From assembly GCA_045863395.1 (NCBI GenBank), contig BTVJ01000024.1, positions 31,996 through 95,995 on the forward strand: DNA of 64,000 nucleotides, read 5' to 3'. The position numbers were made by a program, and so were the translations under genes. Source of the DNA: Myxococcales bacterium. GTDB taxonomy: Bacteria > Myxococcota_A > UBA9042 > JABWCM01 > BTVJ01. Shown piece by piece: positions 57,091 to 64,000 of the stretch. Positions within the stretch are counted from its first letter, which is position 1. Every line of letters begins with the position of its first letter. The notes under the pieces were generated by a model that did not search any database, had not been told where the DNA came from, and saw only the letters and a program-made list of their open reading frames with translations.

Positions 57091-57611
57091 TACTCCACCT
57101 CGTCGCCGTCTCCACCCGTCTCCTCCGCCCCCGCCGTGCGCGGCTCCATGCCAGCAGGCCACCCGCCTCTGGGCTCGTACCGCTCGGTCTGCGTGAACCA
57201 CCGCGAGATGCCGGTTCGGTTGATGTAGACGCCCGGCGTCGTCGTACCGGGAGTCACCCTGGCCCGACGGCCGAGCGCCCCCTTCCTCCCCGTCTTGCGC
57301 CAACCCTCCTCCTCCATCGCCATCAGAATGACGACGCCCACGGCCTGCCTGAACCGCTGGGTCGTGTGGGCGTCGTTCGCCCGCAGGAAGTGGTCGATCT
57401 CGGGGATGCGCTCGAACTCCTTCACCACGCCCGCGAAGGCGGGGCTCTCGTGATGCAGCTCGCTCTCCTTCATGCGGCGCCGCGTGTCGTCTCGGTTGAA
57501 GAAGTCGAGGACGGTCTGGAACGGCGTGCGAGCGTCCCTCGGCACGTCCGTGAACAGGCGGCCAGTGCGGTGGTTGATGAAGTCCTGGGTCGTGACGGTC
57601 GTGACGGCCAT
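57090..57611 (-). CDS. Hypothetical protein, paralog of 47688-48122
   Basis: RBS GAGGAG; upstream TTGACG promoter-like AT-rich stretch near 57660-57692. Confidence 0.72.
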   Translation of the reverse strand: MAVTTVTTQDFINHRTGRLFTDVPRDARTPFQTVLDFFNRDDTRRRMKESELHHESPAFAGVVKEFERIPEIDHFLRANDAHTTQRFRQAVGVVILMAMEEEGWRKTGRKGALGRRARVTPGTTTPGVYINRTGISRWFTQTERYEPRGGWPAGMEPRTAGAEETGGDGDEVE

Positions 57612-57711
57612 GATGATCTCCTCACGGGAAGGCGGGCGACGCCATGTCGCTGCACGCCCGTGAATACATCACAGCGTTATTTTCGCGTCAAGAGGGGAGT
57701 CGATCCTTGGC

Positions 57712-58686
57712 CTACAAGTCCAACGCCCTCGCCGCGCACGCCTCGAACAACGTCCCCGCCTCGACGTAGCCCCTCAACACCTGCAACGACGAGTGCCCCG
57801 TCGTCCGGGCGATGTCCCTCTCGGACGCCCCGGCCCTGGCGGCCTCGGTAGCGAACCCCCGCCTGAGCGAGTGCCCGGCGAAGAGGACCGGGTCGAGACC
57901 AGCTCGGCGAGCGGCACGCTGGACGACATGTGCGACGGCACGGCCGTCGAGGCGGACGCGGGCGGCACCTGGGTCGAGGCGGACGAAGAGCGGCCCTTCG
58001 GTGATGGCCGCTGCATCGAGCCAGGCGCGAAGGGCACGCACCGGGCAGGTGGCCTCGTGGCGGCCCCGGGGCACGGCAACCTGACGGCCCTTGCCCTCCT
58101 GGTCACGCTTGCTGCGGCGGATCGTGACCACGGCACCCTCGGGCTCGAAGGCCACGTCGGCCACGTCGAGCCCGACGATCTCTGACCGGCGTATCCCGCT
58201 CACGAAGGCAAGCAGGACGATGGCCTTGTCCCGCGTGCCGACGAGGCCCTCGGGCATCGTGCCGACCATCTTGCGGACGTGCTCGACCCTGAGCGCCTTC
58301 TTGGGGTTCGCCGCCGTGCCCTTCGTCCTGCGAAGCCCGGCCATAACGAGCCTGACCGGCTCCGTCTGAACCGGGGAGGCGAACCCGGCGAGCTTGTGCG
58401 CCTGGGAGATGGCGGCCAGGTGCTTCTTGATCGTCTGCGGCCGGAGCTGCTCGGCCATGTCGGTGATGTACACGATGATCGTGTCCGGGGTCGCTGGGCA
58501 CGAAGCGAGCCCGCGAGACGAGCACCACGCCGTGAAGTTCCTCCAGACGGACTGGTAGGTTTTCAAGGTCGCCGACGCCTTCGATGCGCGGGCGTACTCC
58601 TTCGCCTTCTCGACGAGGGCCGCCGGGACGATCCCGGCGTAGTTGTCGTTGGTGATCTCGGCGGGGAGCAGGGCGTCCACGGGCAA
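57712..58686 (-). CDS. Cre-like tyrosine recombinase/resolvase
   Basis: N-terminal SAM-like domain (TLKTYQSVWRNF..WC); SGIRRSE (R), RRSKRDQ (K), GHSLRRG (HxxR), TGHSS, RGYV (Y). Confidence 0.92.
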   Translation of the reverse strand: MPVDALLPAEITNDNYAGIVPAALVEKAKEYARASKASATLKTYQSVWRNFTAWCSSRGLASCPATPDTIIVYITDMAEQLRPQTIKKHLAAISQAHKLAGFASPVQTEPVRLVMAGLRRTKGTAANPKKALRVEHVRKMVGTMPEGLVGTRDKAIVLLAFVSGIRRSEIVGLDVADVAFEPEGAVVTIRRSKRDQEGKGRQVAVPRGRHEATCPVRALRAWLDAAAITEGPLFVRLDPGAARVRLDGRAVAHVVQRAARRAGLDPVLFAGHSLRRGFATEAARAGASERDIARTTGHSSLQVLRGYVEAGTLFEACAARALDL

Positions 58687-58703
58687 GTGCCTCCGGGTCT
58701 GCG

Positions 58704-58759
58704 AGGTGCCGAGAACTTTCGATTCCCGGCACCTTCCCTACTCGTGGTTCCCGGCACCT
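58704..58759. promoter_or_regulatory. lox-like recombinase-binding site (12-bp arms, 7-bp spacer) plus a third arm
   Basis: AGGTGCCGAGAA-CTTTCGA-TTCCCGGCACCT (11/12 match); extra TTCCCGGCACCT at 58748-58759. Confidence 0.55.
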
Positions 58760-59255
58760 GAGCCGGAGAACTTCGGCCGAGGTTCGAGCGCAGGCGCTCC
58801 GAAGTTCGGTGCCGAAGTTTCGTAGGGTGCCCCTCGGAACTTTCGGGCCGAACTTCACGCCCCGACGTTCCACCTCGTTGGCGCCGTCGTCCTGCTCGTC
58901 GCCGTCGAGCAGGAGCACGAAGATCACCTCGTCGGCGCCCGACCCATCATCGAGCACGAGCACGACGCCGAGCGGGCCGCCGATGGCCTCGACGCTTCCG
59001 GGTCGATCCGTGACACCGCTTGGAAAACCCAATCGGGTTGATCGGGTAGCCAGATCCGCCGCACTCAACCTGCACGCAAAAAGCAACCGAGCGGGCCCAA
59101 CGGGGGCCTCGACTCCGTGGGGAGATGCTCAGCGGGTGCCCTGATGCGGGTAGCTCTGGGTTGGTGGGGTCATCTGCGCGCCCCGCCGGGTAACGTGTTC
59201 CAGGACGCCCTGGATCCCCCGGCAAGCCGGGGTGAAGGGGACGCGGAGGAGCGAC

Positions 59256-59774
59256 GTGGAGAAGGACAAGGACATCCTGGACGAGCTTGGCCTCGGCGGC
59301 GTCGTGTCCGGGCCGATGGAGGCCTTCGTCCTCGGGGAAGATGCACCCCAGAAGCGGGCGGGTTCGGCTGCGCGTGCATCCACGCAGGCGGACTCGACGT
59401 GGTGGACGCACACCGAAGTGCGCAACCACCTCCGCGTGGATGTCCGCACGCTCTTCGAGCGGATGCGGGACACCCCGTCGCACATCAAGCGGCCATGGGT
59501 GAACATCGGGAGCGCCAAGAAGCCCACCTACCGATGGCGCTCAGCGGTCGTGGACAACTGGTGGATCGAGGTGAACGAATGGCGAGCATCGACGATCGGG
59601 GCGACGGCTACCGGGTCCGTTGGCGCGACCCCGACGGTCAGGCGAGGTCGAGGCAGTGCCCAGACCTCGCGACGGCCCGGAGGCTCAAGCGCGAAATCGA
59701 GCAGGTCGTCGCCGAAGGACGACGCTGGGAGCCTCGTGACGCTCGTCCGCTCCCTGACCTCCGCGAGATCCTGA
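59256..59774 (+). CDS. Xis-like wHTH protein overlapping the integrase 5' end
   Basis: WWTHTEVRNHLRVDVRTL...PWVNIG...YRW...VDNWW; RBS GGAGGA. Confidence 0.58.
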   Translation: MEKDKDILDELGLGGVVSGPMEAFVLGEDAPQKRAGSAARASTQADSTWWTHTEVRNHLRVDVRTLFERMRDTPSHIKRPWVNIGSAKKPTYRWRSAVVDNWWIEVNEWRASTIGATATGSVGATPTVRRGRGSAQTSRRPGGSSAKSSRSSPKDDAGSLVTLVRSLTSARS

Positions 59775-60703
59775 CCGCGTACATCCGCGACAAGGCCCGC
59801 GTTCTGGCGTCGGGCACGGCCGAGCGGTACGCCCGCAACTTGGAGATCTTCCTCCGGTGGTTGCAGGAGCGGGAGGGGGCGCGGGGCAAGTTGTTTCCCG
59901 ACCTGCTCACGAAGAACCTGCTCGCCGAGTTCTACGAGGCGCTGGCGGGGGACGGACGGCATGGTCGGCCCCGGCGCGACTCGACGAGGCGCAAGATCGT
60001 CGAGGTCGTCCAGCTCGCCTGGGAGTGGGCCTACAACGAGGACGAGTGGAGCGCCTCCGTGCCGAGGCCGCGCAGCATCGAGATGCGCCGGGAAGAGGGC
60101 GAGCTGACCGTCGCCCCGACCTGGGCCGAGATGGACGCGGTGGTCCGCGCCTTCGACCAGGAGGCGTGGCACCACAAGCTCGGCATCGTGCTCCGCTTCA
60201 CCGGGCTCCGCGTGCAGCAGGTCATGGGCCTCACCTGGGAGGACTTCGACCTCGAACGGGCCACCCTCCGCGTGCGGGGCGAACTCTGCAAGAGCCGCCA
60301 AGAGCGGCGGGGCCGGATCATCCCCATCTCGAAGCACCTCGTGGACATCCTGTCCGGCTGGGGCCGCCGGGAAGGGTTCGTCATCACCACGAACCGGCGG
60401 GGCCGCCGCGAGCGGCTCGCCCGGCCGCGTGACCTCGACCGCGCCTGGACGCGGGCGGGGGTTCGGGCTTCCGCCTGGAAGGGGCGTCCCCACCACGCCT
60501 TCCGCAAGGGCTTCGTGTCCGAGCTTCGCCGGGCGGGGGCCGACCCGGACGCGGTCGAGTACCTCGTCGGGCACAGCCTCGGGCTGCGGGGCGTCTACAC
60601 GGATCCCGATGCGCTCGCGCTGCGCCAAGCGGTGGCGCTGATCCCTCCGCTCACCGCCACCACGGCGATCGTGAGCCTCGATTCGCGGCGGGCGGCGGAG
60701 TAG
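59579..60703 (+). CDS. Tyrosine integrase with N-terminal arm-binding domain
   Basis: MASIDDRGDGYRVRWRDPDG arm domain; FTGLR (R), CKS (K), HAFRK, VGHS, VYT (Y); next to att. Confidence 0.93.
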   Translation: MASIDDRGDGYRVRWRDPDGQARSRQCPDLATARRLKREIEQVVAEGRRWEPRDARPLPDLREILTAYIRDKARVLASGTAERYARNLEIFLRWLQEREGARGKLFPDLLTKNLLAEFYEALAGDGRHGRPRRDSTRRKIVEVVQLAWEWAYNEDEWSASVPRPRSIEMRREEGELTVAPTWAEMDAVVRAFDQEAWHHKLGIVLRFTGLRVQQVMGLTWEDFDLERATLRVRGELCKSRQERRGRIIPISKHLVDILSGWGRREGFVITTNRRGRRERLARPRDLDRAWTRAGVRASAWKGRPHHAFRKGFVSELRRAGADPDAVEYLVGHSLGLRGVYTDPDALALRQAVALIPPLTATTAIVSLDSRRAAE

Positions 60704-60708
60704 CTCGC

Positions 60709-60740
60709 GTGTCCGCCGCGTGTCCACGGACTCGGGACAC
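60709..60740. repeat. Putative integrase arm-binding sites
   Basis: GTGTCC at 60709 and 60720 (11-bp period); inverted GGACAC at 60735. Confidence 0.65.
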
Positions 60741-60781
60741 GCATCAAAACGTCAATAAATACAAGTGCTTGCGAGAAAAGA

Positions 60782-60808
60782 AGTGGAGGCGCCGGGAGTC
60801 GAACCCGG
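60782..60808 (-). repeat. att core, right end: ssrA-type 3' fragment with complete T-arm
   Basis: Minus strand CCGGG-TTCGACT-CCCGG-CGCCTCC-A-CT; 25 bp identical to 26983-27007. Confidence 0.88.
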
Positions 60809-60840
60809 TGCCAACCGCGTGATTTCAAGCACTTCTGCGA

Positions 60841-60906
60841 GATTTCGTTTCCCAACAGTGGCTCAACCAGCCGACATCCAAGCAGAATCTGGCGGGAAAC
60901 GAAATC
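60841..60906. repeat. Perfect 13-bp inverted repeat
   Basis: GATTTCGTTTCCC (60841-53) and GGGAAACGAAATC (60894-906), 40-bp spacer. Confidence 0.8.
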
Positions 60907-61834
60907 ACGGCGCGCTCGGCGGCCGCTCGGCCCAGCCGCCGCCGGGCCGCCACAGCGCGTCGAAAGCCCCGCTCCGTCGGATCCCCTCCAGCACGGGCAA
61001 CATGAAGTCGCCGAGGGCCGCCACGACGACCGACAGCGCGGGGGCCTCCAGACGGGTCTTCCGCAGGAAGGCGTTCCACTGGAGCTGCTTGGCCGCGTCG
61101 GTGCCGAACGTGGTCGTCAGCGCAAGCGGCGACCCTTCCGGAAGGGGCGTCCGCCGCCGCTCGAACGTGCGCCGGATGAACTCCCCAAGGATGCGCCCGT
61201 CGAACGCGAAGTCCCGCGCCAACACCCACACGTCGAAGAAGTCCTTCATCCGGCTGTTCGCGATCCCGAGCTTGACCATCGCCTGGAGCTTCTCGGCGAT
61301 CACCGTCTCCTTCGGGTATGCCATCAGCCGTGGCGAGCCCGTCCCCAGCAAGGACGGGACATCGACCTCGGCGGGCGCGGGGTAGATCACGTCGCCGATC
61401 CCGATGTCCACCTGGAGCGGAAGGCGGGCCTTCGCGAGCGTCGCGAGCATTGTCACCCGGACGCCCTCGTACTCCTCGTCCTCGCGGATGATGGTGCCCT
61501 CGATGGAGTCCAGGTCGAACAAGAGCCCGTCGGGCTCGATCTGGACACCGCACACGTCCCGGAACACGCGCACCATCTCGGCCATGCTGCTGTCGCCGGA
61601 GCCGAGCAGATCGAGATCGCGGGTCGTGCGGTGTGGCACGGTTGCCCACAACGAGAACAACGTCGCGCCCTTGAGCACGAACCGACCCGCATGCTGCGAG
61701 CGTTGGAGGCGGACAAGCACCCGCTCCAGTCCGTACCGGACGAGAACGGCGTTGAAGTCCTCGTTGCGCTCCTGCGCGAGCCGAAGGAGCCTCGCCCTCA
61801 CGGACGCGGTGATGTCGCGGGGGCCAGTGCCCAT
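60905..61834 (-). CDS. abiEii: AbiEii/AbiGii nucleotidyltransferase toxin (type IV TA)
   Basis: ASVRARL, YGLER, FVLKG, HRTTRDLD, QVDIGIGD, IAEKL, NSRMKDFFD. Confidence 0.93.
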   Translation of the reverse strand: MGTGPRDITASVRARLLRLAQERNEDFNAVLVRYGLERVLVRLQRSQHAGRFVLKGATLFSLWATVPHRTTRDLDLLGSGDSSMAEMVRVFRDVCGVQIEPDGLLFDLDSIEGTIIREDEEYEGVRVTMLATLAKARLPLQVDIGIGDVIYPAPAEVDVPSLLGTGSPRLMAYPKETVIAEKLQAMVKLGIANSRMKDFFDVWVLARDFAFDGRILGEFIRRTFERRRTPLPEGSPLALTTTFGTDAAKQLQWNAFLRKTRLEAPALSVVVAALGDFMLPVLEGIRRSGAFDALWRPGGGWAERPPSAP

Positions 61835-62463
61835 CAGGAGATCGCCTCCAGGTAGGGACGGATGACGGTGCTCACCCGAACACGCCTGGCGGCCTCCCAA
61901 AGGTCGTCCACGCCCCCGAGGCGTCGCTCGCGGTGCGTGCGCAGGGCGGCAAGCGCCACGTCCAGGCCCACCTTGTTGCGGTACTTGAAGCAGTCCACGA
62001 CGGTGCGCGTGGGGTTCGTGACGTGAACGGGCACCTGCTCGACGACGTGGACCTCGACTCCGAAGCTCAGCCCGGCGGGCGAGAACCGGACGATCCGCAG
62101 CGGCACGCCTTCCACCTTCGGCCGCCGCGCCTTTCGGTCGATGGCCATCCAGACCTCGAAGGGGTTCTCGGTCGTCATCTCGTGGAACCGCAGGGCGGAC
62201 AGCAGGCAGACGACGCCGCCGGGGACGGCGCGGCAGGCGGCCACGAGGGTGACGTGCTCCCCGAAGTCGGTCTCGGGGAGCGCGTAGAGGCCCCGGCCGA
62301 GCTTGAGGAGGAGCCCGCGTTTCGCCATCCGCCCGAGGTAGGCTCTCGGGATGCCGTGCTTGGTGAGGTCGGACGGGGTCACGATGCCGACCTGCCGCGC
62401 CATGTCGAGCACGCGACCCTCGTGGCCCGTGTCGGCGTCGGCGTGGTGCTCGTTGTTCCTCAT
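61834..62463 (-). CDS. abiEi: AbiEi antitoxin / transcriptional regulator
   Basis: LGRGLY, VVCLLSALRFHEMTT, RTVVDCFKYRNKVGLDVAL, IRPYLEA; TGATG coupling to abiEii. Confidence 0.92.
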   Translation of the reverse strand: MRNNEHHADADTGHEGRVLDMARQVGIVTPSDLTKHGIPRAYLGRMAKRGLLLKLGRGLYALPETDFGEHVTLVAACRAVPGGVVCLLSALRFHEMTTENPFEVWMAIDRKARRPKVEGVPLRIVRFSPAGLSFGVEVHVVEQVPVHVTNPTRTVVDCFKYRNKVGLDVALAALRTHRERRLGGVDDLWEAARRVRVSTVIRPYLEAIS

Positions 62464-62532
62464 CGTCGGCTTCCATGCGTAACTGCCGATGTTTTGTATC
62501 ACTACCGCAAGCCGCACGACAAGGCCGATGGT

Positions 62533-62817
62533 TCAGGCAACCGTGAGCGTGTGAGTCCACTGCGGGAGCCAGCCGCTCGCGAGGTAGCGCACGAGATCGG
62601 GTGTACCGAAGAAGCTGATCCGCCCGCCCTCCACGAACGCGAGGGCGGACTTGTCCACTTTCAGCCCTTCCATCCTCGCCCTGAGCGTGAGGTCACCGAG
62701 AAGGGCCTCACGGCTTCGGCTGCTGCGGTCGACGGTGTCGGTCTCGAAGATCGCGAAGTCGATACCTTGGTCGCGCAGGTGCCCTCTGTGTCCACAGCCC
62801 GCACCACCGTGAGCCAC
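62533..62817 (-). CDS. Small hypothetical protein, start uncertain or decayed
   Basis: HLRDQGIDFAIFE...KVDKSALAF...FFGTPDLVRYL...WTHTL looks protein-like; no clear RBS. Confidence 0.45.
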   Translation of the reverse strand: MAHGGAGCGHRGHLRDQGIDFAIFETDTVDRSSRSREALLGDLTLRARMEGLKVDKSALAFVEGGRISFFGTPDLVRYLASGWLPQWTHTLTVA

Positions 62818-62941
62818 GTCCTGTCCGTCCTCGGCCCCGGGCCCGGCCGGAAACCTGCCTCGTCATCACGGCGCGCGCCGAGGCATCAACTCGGGCGGGA
62901 TGCACACCGGCGTCCTTCCCTAAATTCGACACCGGGCAGTC

Positions 62942-63808
62942 TCAAAGTCGTTGACACGTTCCGGCGGAGCGGGGCCAAGTTGTGAACGAGCACTGAGAAC
63001 CGCGGAGATCGGTGCACGCCGTCAGGGTTTGGGGGGACGGGTCCGTGGACGGGCTGGTTCGGGGTGAGGAGTCGAGCGGCGCGGGGGGTGCGTCGGGTAG
63101 GCGGTGGGGGGGGCGGCGGTCAGGTCGGAGCCGGGACAGCGGGACGGCGGAGGCGTTCTCCGCGACGCTCGGTGCCGGATCGATGAGCGCCAGGTGGCCC
63201 GGCAGGTTGCCGAAGAGCCCGTAGGCCGTGAGCTGGTCGAGGGGGGCGTAGCTGGGCATGAACCCCGTGGCTTCCTGAAAGGCAAAGGGGCCAAGAGCCA
63301 GACGCGCAGTCCGGCGACCATAGAGGGGCTGGTCCGCGCCCTCGAGGGCCCGCATCGCGCTGACGAACGACCCGCTCAGCACGACCTTCAGCCGGCTGCC
63401 GGCCCAGTCGTGATCCCAGGCGCTCTGGAGGATGGACGGAAGTGCGGGGGTCGCCCCCACCAGATACGGGAGCTCGTCGAGGACCACGAGCAGCGGCTCG
63501 CTCCGGGCTCGCTCGGTCAGGTAGCCGAGGAGCGCCTCCCAGGACGGGAACGGGACGCCCTGCTTGAGCACCCCGTCGTCGAAGCGGTCCCCGACGATGC
63601 GGCTCAGGTGCGCGAGCTGCTCTGGCTCGGTGCGCCGAGTCGCCTGGTAGTACAGACCGCCGACCGCGCGAGCAAAGCGTGCGAGGACGAAGCTCTTTCC
63701 AACGCGCCGCCGCCCCAGCACAAACACGAGCTGTGGGCGGTCCTTGCGCCACATGGTCTCCAGCGTCCGCCACTCGGCATCCCTGTCGATGATCTCGGCG
63801 GGCTTCAT
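62942..63808 (-). pseudogene. Truncated second copy of the ATP-binding protein (nuclease half missing)
   Basis: Near-identical to 23761-25194 from the start to VAENASA (63145), then an unrelated Pro-rich tail. Confidence 0.88.
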
Positions 63809-63950
63809 GCGGGACACCTTCCTTGGACGCTGATGACTCTTCACCCCGTGCCCACCCTCGGTGGGAGCGCCGTCGAAGAGCCAGCGGTGGAAGTTCCACC
63901 GGTGGAAGCTACAGCACGAGCGAACCCCGATCAATCAGCCCTCCGACCAA
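63145..63950. repeat. ~0.8-kb direct repeat, copy 2, with 2 units of the 15-bp array (63885-63914)
   Basis: Alignment with 24531-25366. Confidence 0.93.
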
Positions 63951-64000
63951 GCTGCAGCGCCATCCAGAATTGACCCCATGTTAACCACGGGAGCTGACCC

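Larger units (their letters stand above)
26983..60806. mobile_element. ~33.8-kb integrative, probably self-replicating genomic island
   Basis: 25-bp terminal direct repeats; tyrosine integrase ending 78 bp from the right att; arm repeats at both ends; primase-helicase, putative origin and defence cargo. Confidence 0.88.

Noticed and set aside
59117..59578. N-terminal extension of the integrase (and similar upstream extensions of other track ORFs)
   Set aside because: Homology-like sequence starts at MASIDD (59579); the extensions overlap other genes and are low-complexity.
26983..60806. Prophage or ICE
   Set aside because: No capsid, portal, terminase, tail, lysis, relaxase or T4SS genes recognised.
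60782..61150. Intact tmRNA or tRNA-Ala gene
   Set aside because: Only the T-arm and acceptor 3' strand are present; no matching GGGGGCG 5' end was seen at the expected distance, which is occupied by abiEii. The same holds at 26983.

Overview
GC-rich bacterial window whose gene content suggests Myxococcota (Cys-rich MopE-type repeats, a MYXO-CTERM-like tail, an AgmX/PglI-type TonB C-terminal domain). Bases 1-22.6 kb are host backbone: secreted and surface proteins, a VIT-vWA operon, a methionine gamma-lyase-like gene, rraA, gloB, a GCS2-CBS fusion and nhaA. Bases 22.6-64 kb are accessory. The core is a ~33.8-kb integrative element bounded by a perfect 25-bp direct repeat (26983-27007 and 60782-60806) that reads as a tmRNA (ssrA)-type 3' end. 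It carries a tyrosine integrase with arm-type repeats, three Xis-like HTH genes, a second Cre-like recombinase beside a lox-like site, and a RepB-primase/DUF927-helicase. Next to the primase is a mirror-symmetric 12-iteron (TGTTCCCG) putative origin with five central GATCs, a frameshifted Dam-family methylase and a DnaX-like ATPase fusion. Cargo: a two-gene CBASS (CD-NTase + HNH-SAVED), ArdC, a leaderless LexA with its own palindromic operator heading a DUF5131-TcmP operon, an orphan PD-(D/E)xK nuclease, and an HTH-ParA/small-protein pair coupled to a type I R-M system. No capsid, terminase, relaxase or T4SS genes were recognised. The flanks hold HEPN-MNT, DUF4258-XRE and AbiE toxin-antitoxin modules and two copies of an ATPase-nuclease gene, each preceded by a variable-copy palindromic 15-bp array. 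Family calls come from motif recognition by eye, not database searches.
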